Positions 1-7,600 of a stretch of 25,376 nucleotides of DNA are shown piece after piece. Under the pieces are notes generated by a model, which had not been told where the DNA came from, ran no database searches, and worked only from the letters and a program-made list of their open reading frames with translations. A program made the translations under genes and the position numbers. Where the stretch lies: positions 1-25,376 of the IMG/VR virus record IMGVR_UViG_3300034812_000312; one strand, given 5' to 3'. Position 1 is the first letter of the stretch. The number at the start of each line of letters is the position of its first letter. Source of the DNA: a virus. Lineage: Duplodnaviria; Caudoviricetes.

Positions 1-2
1 CA

Positions 3-3000
3 ACAGAAACTATTAGTGATGTTGTAAAACATTCTATACATGAAGTTGGACAGAACGGTAGTTCCTTTCCTGGTACAGACTCTTACGGTCGAGACATGGA
101 AGGAGCGACTTTCGCTGACCGTGAAAAGTTATTTCATAGGTATGATTTAATTGAAGGACTTACAGAGAATGGATTAGTTGATGAGGAAGGATTTCCTATT
201 AGTGATAGTGATGTAACAATACGTCAATATGTGTATGATAATCCTACATTAGAAAGAAGGAATGGTTCTGATAAAAAGATTACATTACTTCGTAAGGAAG
301 AAGATTCTACAGTTCTCCTCCCTGCACATGATGAAGAATATTTCCAACATGTAATGAGTTGGCCAACAAGTCATACATTACGACAAAGAAAGATTGCTGG
401 ATTTCTTTTATTAACTACTACAAAAAGTTCTAGTCAAAGCACTGCAGAAAGCGAACCAGGAGCTGGTGATGGAACATCTTGTACGAAATCGTCTACGAAT
501 TATACGATGCTGAAACAGGAGCAATATTATGATGTTAATTTTACATTAGATGATGTAGAAACAAAAATATATCAACCAAATCCTCAAGGTGGTAGTGTAA
601 AAGGTGATAAGGTTTGGAATTATAATGAATTAACATTTGATGCAACTACAGGAGTTCTGCAGAATAAGAATGCAGATATTAGAGATAAACTTGGTGATCC
701 AATTGTTTATTCTGGTGATAGACATTCAAATGGTATTTTCTTTAATTACATACCAGATAACACAAGTTATAGCACTGTAGTTACTCATGAGTTTGATGAT
801 GATAATAATGTAAACAATAGTTTTAGTACAACTGGTGATATTACAGTTGAAGCTAAAAATTTAGATGATCCTGGTGGATCGAATGATTCTAAAAATAGAA
901 AACATTATGATATAACATTTCCAAAACCAATTGTTTCCTTATCTAATGTAAGAATTCATTTTAACCAGAAGAAGACAGCATCTGGTGTGACTAGTAGTAG
1001 ATTGTTTGTTTCTAAGATAAAACAGTTAAAAAAGAAAAAGATTAGAGTATGGTTTGAAACTGAGAGTGGTGATAATACATTTGCACGTAACTGGACTGTA
1101 TCCATTGGCGGTGGAGAGTCTGGAGCGATGGATGTTATTGGTATTGGTGATACAGTTAATGGTGCGACAGTAACTAATGTTGTTAACTATATTGAAGAAG
1201 TAGCACTCCTTAGAACTGTTAATAGACAACCAAGAAAAGGTGTAGAAGATGCTAATATTACAGAATCAAATTTTCTTGCATTAACTAATGCGGATGGATC
1301 ATCACAAGGATTAACTTCAATAGATTATGCTAGAACTAGAGCTTGGATAAAAATTAATGATACAAGAGACATCATCAAAGGAATGAATGTCCAGGGAAAA
1401 GGTATTAAACTTAAAACTACTAATGTAACTGCAGTAGATTATGCCAATAATAAAGTTTATCTTTCCGATACTGTAAAAAGTAAAAAATTAAAAAATGTAA
1501 AGTTCATTGATGATTCGTGTAATCGTGTAAGCAAACATACATTATGTTATGCTACTTTATCTGGTGGTAGTAATTTTGCAATAGATACAAATTATACTGT
1601 CACTAGAAGTGGTGAAAATGTATGTACGATCAAAGTAAAAGCAGGTAAAGGTATTTTAAACCGATCTGCTGTTGTTGGTACATGGTTTAGTGATGTAAAA
1701 CATGAAATTGAATATCAACCTATCTTCTATGGTTCTGACGCTGAGTGTGAAAAAGAGATTGATAGTGATGATTTTGGTGAATATACTCTTGGTACAATCA
1801 TGTGGAATGATGGCACACGACTCGAAGATGTATATCTTTTAACAGATCCTGCGGATAATTTTGGATATACCGCAAGTCAAGTTCATTTTGCACTCACATA
1901 TGCACCTATTGATCAGGCGACACTACAAAAAATTGATAGAGAAGTTGCAGCTGAGTTATCTTCCGCGACTCCTAACTCAACTATCGGTAGAATGAATGCA
2001 GCAGATCCTATTCTTACTACTAGATATATTATTTTTAATAAAGTTTCCGAACATTGTAAGAATACTTTGGGTGGAAGGAAATCAGTTAAGGTATTTGATT
2101 CCATATGTAGGGATGATATTCAACCAATATACTTCAATATGTACGATCCCATCAATGAACAGTATAGTTTGGGTACAAATCTTAGTGCAGTACAACAAAA
2201 TATCGTTGATTATTGCGGAGTAACCAACCCAGAATTAAATCCAGCTATACAAGGTGCGGAGATTGCGGCACAAAATAGTACAGTTTTACCAGAAGAATAT
2301 TATAAACAGTTTGCTGGTAACCCAGATTCGTTGTTGAATAGACTTAAGAGTGGTTTTGATACTGTAGAAGCTGCACGTCCAAAAAATAAAATTAAAAATC
2401 TACCACCACAAATTGTAGGAGAAGATCAATCGGGTAGGGTTTTTATGAAAACAAGTTTTAGAGATCTTCCTCCAAGAACAGATAGAGTGGGATATTTCTG
2501 TAATGACTTGATTGTTACTGATGATAAGTTTCTAAATCCTATTCTGGATTTAGATCCACAGACAACTATCAACCAACCAAGAATTATTGTTAGGTCCAGA
2601 CCAAAATGGATAGCAAGTAATAGTGGACAGACATGGCCTATTAGTGTCAGTACTGAAGCTGGAGTACTAACCACTTCAATGAGTGTTACTGTTAATAATG
2701 ATAGTAATGGTCATGTAGGTAATATTACAACAAGCGCTACTGCTGGTGATAGTGCTACTGTAACAAACACCATAGCAGATGGTACAGAAACAATTACATG
2801 CACTATTGAATGGGTTCCTTTATCAGATGTAAAGGCTAGAGAAAACGCACAGTTCTTTACTAGAGATGCTTTCCCTGATGTTTATACTATTGGTACTAAT
2901 GTTTCTAGACCACCTGGTGGAAATCATGATGATTCTTACGCTAAAACTGATCTGAGAGATCTACTTTATAAAGAAAGACCAAGGGATCCTAGTAATAATG

Positions 3001-3734
3001 AGTATTTAAATGATATGTTAACTGCACCCAGTCATGTAATATATCCAGCAACTGTTTGGGAACCGAATGTTAACTACCAACAAGATTTCTATAAGATGCT
3101 TGAATTCAGGTTGCAAGAACATTCTGAACTAATTGGTGAAACTATTGAGAACAAAGGCAATCCCTATGTTGATCAAGCAATAACAACTAAACTTAGAGAG
3201 AATTTAAATATTGGTGATACTAGTATTACTGTAGATTCTACTGGAGAGTTCTTGTCTTCTGGATATTTAATTATTCCAAAATACATTCAAAAAATTATGA
3301 CGTTGGAAACTGGTAATAATAATAGTTTGTATTATTACAGTGGTGAAGAAATTATCTATTATGGTTCTAAAACAGAGACAACTTTTGATAATATTCAGAG
3401 AGGAATGTTTGGTACAAACTCTGGTTTTGAAGAAACTGTATCGGTAGAATCTGTTGAAGAAGGTGTAATATACAAAATTGCAACTTTAGGATCTAGTAAT
3501 TGGAAAAAGATTGGTGCTGGTAAAAATCCATCTGTAGGTGATATATTTACAGCAACTAAGCATAATGGCTCAGGCACTGGTACTGTAGTTGTATACGGTA
3601 CAACATCAGATGCAATACCAGATGAAGAATTGATAACTGGACTATCTTCACCAACTCCCAAAGTTCCAGTTATAACTAGTTATGAAAAAGGATTTAGTAT
3701 CGCTCAACACGCAGTTTTTTCACTAAAATACTAA
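3..3734 (+). CDS. Large putative virion structural protein, probably 5'-truncated (ORF track starts at ATG 96)
   Basis: Frame is open from base 3 (TETISDVVKHSIHEVGQNGSSFPGTDSYGRD-M), so the start may lie upstream. T/S/G/N/D-rich. Carries modules seen in phage structural proteins (GDTVNGATVT...GGSNF...VKAGKGI; C-terminal TKLRENLNIGDTSITVDST...EEIIYY...RGMFGT). Stop TAA 3732-3734 lies 1 nt before PAAR. Confidence 0.75.
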   Translation, partial: TETISDVVKHSIHEVGQNGSSFPGTDSYGRDMEGATFADREKLFHRYDLIEGLTENGLVDEEGFPISDSDVTIRQYVYDNPTLERRNGSDKKITLLRKEEDSTVLLPAHDEEYFQHVMSWPTSHTLRQRKIAGFLLLTTTKSSSQSTAESEPGAGDGTSCTKSSTNYTMLKQEQYYDVNFTLDDVETKIYQPNPQGGSVKGDKVWNYNELTFDATTGVLQNKNADIRDKLGDPIVYSGDRHSNGIFFNYIPDNTSYSTVVTHEFDDDNNVNNSFSTTGDITVEAKNLDDPGGSNDSKNRKHYDITFPKPIVSLSNVRIHFNQKKTASGVTSSRLFVSKIKQLKKKKIRVWFETESGDNTFARNWTVSIGGGESGAMDVIGIGDTVNGATVTNVVNYIEEVALLRTVNRQPRKGVEDANITESNFLALTNADGSSQGLTSIDYARTRAWIKINDTRDIIKGMNVQGKGIKLKTTNVTAVDYANNKVYLSDTVKSKKLKNVKFIDDSCNRVSKHTLCYATLSGGSNFAIDTNYTVTRSGENVCTIKVKAGKGILNRSAVVGTWFSDVKHEIEYQPIFYGSDAECEKEIDSDDFGEYTLGTIMWNDGTRLEDVYLLTDPADNFGYTASQVHFALTYAPIDQATLQKIDREVAAELSSATPNSTIGRMNAADPILTTRYIIFNKVSEHCKNTLGGRKSVKVFDSICRDDIQPIYFNMYDPINEQYSLGTNLSAVQQNIVDYCGVTNPELNPAIQGAEIAAQNSTVLPEEYYKQFAGNPDSLLNRLKSGFDTVEAARPKNKIKNLPPQIVGEDQSGRVFMKTSFRDLPPRTDRVGYFCNDLIVTDDKFLNPILDLDPQTTINQPRIIVRSRPKWIASNSGQTWPISVSTEAGVLTTSMSVTVNNDSNGHVGNITTSATAGDSATVTNTIADGTETITCTIEWVPLSDVKARENAQFFTRDAFPDVYTIGTNVSRPPGGNHDDSYAKTDLRDLLYKERPRDPSNNEYLNDMLTAPSHVIYPATVWEPNVNYQQDFYKMLEFRLQEHSELIGETIENKGNPYVDQAITTKLRENLNIGDTSITVDSTGEFLSSGYLIIPKYIQKIMTLETGNNNSLYYYSGEEIIYYGSKTETTFDNIQRGMFGTNSGFEETVSVESVEEGVIYKIATLGSSNWKKIGAGKNPSVGDIFTATKHNGSGTGTVVVYGTTSDAIPDEELITGLSSPTPKVPVITSYEKGFSIAQHAVFSLKY

Positions 3735-3735
3735 T

Positions 3736-4005
3736 ATGGCAAGACCAATTTCAAATTTAGGTGACCCTAATAACGGTGGTGGTGTTATTATCACTACCAA
3801 GTGTGCGAATATACTTGCTGGGGGACGCCCAGTAGCGACTACAGGCGACATTGTATCGCCTCATGACTCTAAACCAGTCCACTATGCTGTTACAGGTCCG
3901 GGAAATTTCACAAATTTGAATAATGGAGTCCCAACTAACGCTGTTGGTGACTTTGATACGTGTTTTCACGTAAGATTGGGTGGAACTCCCAACGTTTTAC
4001 ATTGA
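3736..4005 (+). CDS. gp5.4: PAAR-repeat spike-tip protein (T4 gp5.4-like)
   Basis: 89 aa with three degenerate PAAR-xGD units (RPISNLGD, RPVATTGD, VPTNAVGD), His/His/Cys/His candidate metal ligands (SPH...VH, TCFH) and terminal GTPNVL; located in the baseplate module. Confidence 0.88.
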   Translation: MARPISNLGDPNNGGGVIITTKCANILAGGRPVATTGDIVSPHDSKPVHYAVTGPGNFTNLNNGVPTNAVGDFDTCFHVRLGGTPNVLH

Positions 4006-4030
4006 CATTTGACCAGTTATGGTCTAAAAT
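4002..4030 (+). promoter_or_regulatory. sigma70-type (host RNAP, early-type) promoter
   Basis: TTGACA (4002-4007), 17-nt spacer, TAAAAT (4025-4030); 21 nt upstream of ATG 4052, in one of the few intergenic gaps; -35 overlaps the PAAR stop codon. Confidence 0.75.
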
Positions 4031-4051
4031 ACCAAAAGTTATCTAAAAAAC

Positions 4052-4198
4052 ATGGCTAAAGCAAAAGTTGGAATTTCGGGTGGAACCTATATCGAGGCAA
4101 AACCCAAAATGACTCGTCAGGGCAACGGTAAGAACACTAGATATGCTGCTACTTCTCGAAACAAAGCAAGAAAGCCATACCGAGGTCAAGGTAAATGA
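4052..4198 (+). CDS. Small highly basic hypothetical protein (48 aa, ends YRGQGK)
   Basis: Manual translation: MAKAKVGISGGTYIEAKPKMTRQGNGKNTRYAATSRNKARKPYRGQGK*. Fills the gap after the promoter; stop overlaps the next start (ATGA 4195-4198). Resembles small YRGQG-ending proteins I recall from marine phages. Confidence 0.85.
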   Translation: MAKAKVGISGGTYIEAKPKMTRQGNGKNTRYAATSRNKARKPYRGQGK

Positions 4199-4851
4199 GT
4201 TTAGTAGTCAATCTACCAGCAAAAAAAGTGTATGTAAGAAAGGAATATCTTACTGATCATCAATCTGGTTTTGGCGAATTCGTTGAGGGCGTCTGGGTAT
4301 CGGCAAAGTCCATACCTGGGCGCGCTTTTTATTTTGAGACTTATCTACCAGAATATGGTGCAATGTATGATAAGCTCCCTATCAGTGCGTTCCTGGACCG
4401 CCCAGAGACCCCTCAACCAGATTTAGACCTACCTAACCTACAGTTTTGGAACTGTATGGATTATGGAGTTGTAGCAATTCAGAAACAATTTATTGCTTCT
4501 ATGGATTTTGAACTCCGAACTCGTAATTTTGGTTCTATGCGTGGTGAGTACTTGTTCACTTTAGACAATTTTCATAGTGATATTGACATTATAGATACCA
4601 ATGTCAGTGAAGTTCCAGATGAACACAAATCACATAACTGTGTTTTGCTCGAAAATGGTCAATTTGCGTTGTATCCAAACAACAGAACTAGAATTTATGA
4701 CCTTTCTATAACACCAGAAACTCCAAAAACACCGGATTTTAAAGTTTCTACTAAATATTATCAGGTTGAAAATGGTGTTAAATGGGGTCGGTTAGGTCAA
4801 ACCGACGAATATTTCTGGCAAACGGAGTCAGAAGAGAAAAAACACACTTAG
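4195..4851 (+). CDS. Conserved phage hypothetical protein (218 aa)
   Basis: Aromatic-rich globular-looking ORF with motifs VRKEYL, YDKLPISAF, QFWNC, EHKSHN, GQFALYPNNR; resembles a conserved cyanophage hypothetical found upstream of gp25. Function unknown. Confidence 0.88.
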   Translation: MSLVVNLPAKKVYVRKEYLTDHQSGFGEFVEGVWVSAKSIPGRAFYFETYLPEYGAMYDKLPISAFLDRPETPQPDLDLPNLQFWNCMDYGVVAIQKQFIASMDFELRTRNFGSMRGEYLFTLDNFHSDIDIIDTNVSEVPDEHKSHNCVLLENGQFALYPNNRTRIYDLSITPETPKTPDFKVSTKYYQVENGVKWGRLGQTDEYFWQTESEEKKHT

Positions 4852-4860
4852 GAAAGAAAA

Positions 4861-5022
4861 ATGGCTAATTCTCCAAACCCAGATTATGTTCCATCGATGA
4901 TGAGAGCGGATTTTGGTACTGAAATATTGATTACCAATCCAAAAGCAGACAGATATCTACAGCGCGCTCAAAAATCAATTATGCGGGGAGATGATTTTCG
5001 TAAAAAAATGGCCAAGAACTGA
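4861..5022 (+). CDS. Small hypothetical protein (53 aa)
   Basis: Manual translation: MANSPNPDYVPSMMRADFGTEILITNPKADRYLQRAQKSIMRGDDFRKKMAKN*. Preceded by AGGA; fills the gap between the 218-aa gene and gp25. Confidence 0.75.
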   Translation: MANSPNPDYVPSMMRADFGTEILITNPKADRYLQRAQKSIMRGDDFRKKMAKN

Positions 5023-5057
5023 CATATATAGTATAACGGTAAAATTTCTGCTATAAT
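5023..5057 (+). promoter_or_regulatory. Candidate promoter region for gp25 (variant late box CATATATA and/or extended -10 TGcTATAAT)
   Basis: Intergenic AT-rich stretch: ATATATA 5024-5030 (one mismatch to ATAAATA) and TGCTATAAT 5049-5057 overlapping ATG 5056. Confidence 0.35.
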
Positions 5058-5496
5058 GATTGGTTCTGTAGCCAACAAAAGGTCGTTAAATAATGAGTTT
5101 CTAGGAAAAGTTTCTAGATCTTTCAAAGATCTAAGTTTTAACTTTACTAGGAACCCCATTACTAGTGATATTGTAGTACTCAAAAATGAAGAGGCTATAA
5201 AACAATCAGTAAAGAATCTAGTCCTGACTAAACTCAGGGAAAGACCTTTTAGACCAGAGGTCGGAACAGACTCCACTTCGTACTTATTTGAACTTAATAG
5301 AAATACTGCTTCTAATGAATTACTTCAACAGATTGAAAATGTTCTAGAAACTTATGAATCTAGAATAGTATTACAGAGAATAGATGTTGATACTGATGAT
5401 AGTCTACACTCTTATGATATAAGCATTGAATATTTAATCGTGGGACTTCCTCCAGAAGTCCAAAACTTATCTTTTATTCTAGTCAGAGAAAGTTAA
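5056..5496 (+). CDS. gp25: Baseplate wedge subunit gp25 (GPW/gp25 family)
   Basis: FKDLSFNF..NP, AIKQSVKNLVLT...ERPFRPEVG...LFE, YESRI motifs; directly upstream of gp6. Start codon slightly uncertain. Confidence 0.93.
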   Translation: MIGSVANKRSLNNEFLGKVSRSFKDLSFNFTRNPITSDIVVLKNEEAIKQSVKNLVLTKLRERPFRPEVGTDSTSYLFELNRNTASNELLQQIENVLETYESRIVLQRIDVDTDDSLHSYDISIEYLIVGLPPEVQNLSFILVRES

Positions 5497-5500
5497 TTAA

Positions 5501-7600
5501 ATGGAATTACCAGTAGTATCATCATTAGAGTTTGAAGAAGTAAGAGATTCTATTAAGAATTTCATAAAAAACAAAACAGATTTCCAAGATTACGATTTTG
5601 AGGGATCTAATCTTTCTATGCTAATTGACATTTTGTCGTACAACACATTGTACACGACATATAATGTCAACATGGCATCAAATGAGTTAAATTTAGATAC
5701 TGCGGTGTTGAGAGACAATATTGTCTCAATTTCAAAAAGACTTGGATATACTCCATCTTCTTATACATCATCTAAAGTAAAAATAAATGTAAATGCTTCT
5801 GGTGTTGGTTCATATGATGTTGTAAGACTCAAAAAAGGATCAGCATTAAGTGCTTCGTCAAATACTAGAAATTATACCTTTATTATAACTGATGATATTG
5901 ATATATCAGTTAAAGGTAGAAATAATGTCTCATTTGAAAATATTGAGGTAGTTGAAGGTACTGAATTTGTTATATCATATACGGTTGATGAAACTAATGA
6001 ACACCAAAGGTTTTTTATTCCAAATAACTTTATAGATGCTGAAACTGTTAGAGTATCTGTAATTTCAGATCCTACAAATACTCAGGAAATTGAATATACC
6101 AGAAAAGATACTATTGTTGATGTTTCTAACTCAGACACAGTTTTCTTTGTAGAAGAAGTTCAAGATCAAAAATACGAAATTGTTTTTGGTGATGACGTAT
6201 TAGGTAGAAAAGTTAGAGATGGTGAAGTAGTAAAAATAAGATATGTAATAACAAATGGTGGTGAAGCTAATAATATTAGTAATTTTAAATTTATTGGTAG
6301 AGTACAAGGATTAAATGTCGAGGGCGGTGGTGGTCCAGTTACAATTGGATATAACAGTATTACTTGGTCTTTAGCATCAGAAACTCAAAGGTCTGATGGG
6401 GGTTCAGAATTTGAATCTTCGAGATCTATTAAATATAGAGCACCAAGATTCTATGCATCTCAGGAAAGAGCGGTCACTTTAGCTGATTATGAATCTATAA
6501 TTGCAAAGATTTATCCAAATACTGATTTGGTTAAAGTTATAGCAGGAGAAACACTAAGTCCACCGCAATTTGGAAAGGTTCTTATTGTTATAAAACCTAA
6601 TATTGGAGAAGCAGTCAGTGCAAGTGAAAAATTAAGAATTCAAAAAGAACTTGTAAAATATAAAGTTGGATCTATTGATGTTAAACTTTTAGATGCTAAG
6701 GGAATTACTTTTGTAATTACTCCAAAAGTAGTTTTTGACACATCAAAAACTAGAAATAGGGAAATACAATTAAGATCTTTGATAAATGACTATATTGCAG
6801 ATTTTGTCAAAAAAATTGGGTTTAATAGTTTTGGTGGTGCTTTTTCTAATTTAGCATTAACTTGTGGAATTAAAGGATTAGATTCTGCAATAACTTTTGT
6901 TGGAAACAATGTATATTTGAAACAAAATGTACAACTCACACCAGGTGTATCAACAAACTATGTCACTGAATTTTTCACAAAGTTAAAATCGGATGTAGAT
7001 GGTGAATTTTATGCACTTTCTGAATATTTCTGTCATAAAGGAGTTGCAAGTCCAGTATTTTTAGCGGCAAAAACTAAAGAACTTATTGATGATTGTTCCA
7101 CAGACACAAATATCTATTTGGTAACAGAAGGTGGTGATGTTTTAAAAATTGTCGGTACTATTAATCTTGAAACTGGAACACTAACATATACAGTTCAAGG
7201 ATGTGATGGTTCAGCACAAGACATAAATATTCTAGTAGTGCCAGATGTTTTAGACGTAGTTGTTGGTCCAGATGTTGTTCCAGACTTAGAACTTGAGGAT
7301 GTAGAAATCTACCCGGATATTACTGATCCAAATGATTTATCAAACATTCTAGATCCAGGTGCAATTTCTCTACCAGTTATAACTCCGGGTGATACAGCGG
7401 GTGATCCAAACGTTATTATCAATCCACCACCACTAATTACTGATGGACCAGGCGGTGGAACTGTTACTATACCTGATCTACCATCTATTATAGATGATGA
7501 GACTGGTCTACCATCTACGGATCCTGTTATTACAGATCCTAATGATGTTGATGATATTGAAAATTACATTCCAGAAACAAATCCATATCTGTGCTCATGA
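5501..7600 (+). CDS. gp6: Baseplate wedge subunit gp6
   Basis: DYDFEGSNLSMLIDILSYNT, LGYTPSS, YEIVFGDDVLG, APRFYASQERAVTLADY and PPQFGKV motifs typical of T4 gp6; synteny gp25-gp6-gp7-gp8. Confidence 0.95.
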   Translation: MELPVVSSLEFEEVRDSIKNFIKNKTDFQDYDFEGSNLSMLIDILSYNTLYTTYNVNMASNELNLDTAVLRDNIVSISKRLGYTPSSYTSSKVKINVNASGVGSYDVVRLKKGSALSASSNTRNYTFIITDDIDISVKGRNNVSFENIEVVEGTEFVISYTVDETNEHQRFFIPNNFIDAETVRVSVISDPTNTQEIEYTRKDTIVDVSNSDTVFFVEEVQDQKYEIVFGDDVLGRKVRDGEVVKIRYVITNGGEANNISNFKFIGRVQGLNVEGGGGPVTIGYNSITWSLASETQRSDGGSEFESSRSIKYRAPRFYASQERAVTLADYESIIAKIYPNTDLVKVIAGETLSPPQFGKVLIVIKPNIGEAVSASEKLRIQKELVKYKVGSIDVKLLDAKGITFVITPKVVFDTSKTRNREIQLRSLINDYIADFVKKIGFNSFGGAFSNLALTCGIKGLDSAITFVGNNVYLKQNVQLTPGVSTNYVTEFFTKLKSDVDGEFYALSEYFCHKGVASPVFLAAKTKELIDDCSTDTNIYLVTEGGDVLKIVGTINLETGTLTYTVQGCDGSAQDINILVVPDVLDVVVGPDVVPDLELEDVEIYPDITDPNDLSNILDPGAISLPVITPGDTAGDPNVIINPPPLITDGPGGGTVTIPDLPSIIDDETGLPSTDPVITDPNDVDDIENYIPETNPYLCS

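Noticed and set aside
1028-1045. In-frame A_AAA_AAG slippery heptamer followed by a -1 frame TAG
   Set aside because: No downstream hairpin or upstream SD-like stimulator is visible, and poly-Lys codons give this motif by chance in AT-rich DNA.
3736-7600. Bacterial T6SS or extracellular contractile injection system interpretation of PAAR + gp25 + baseplate genes
   Set aside because: T4-specific gp6/gp7/gp8 motifs, late promoters and cyanophage-like synteny fit a myovirus; no Tss or Afp accessory genes are present.
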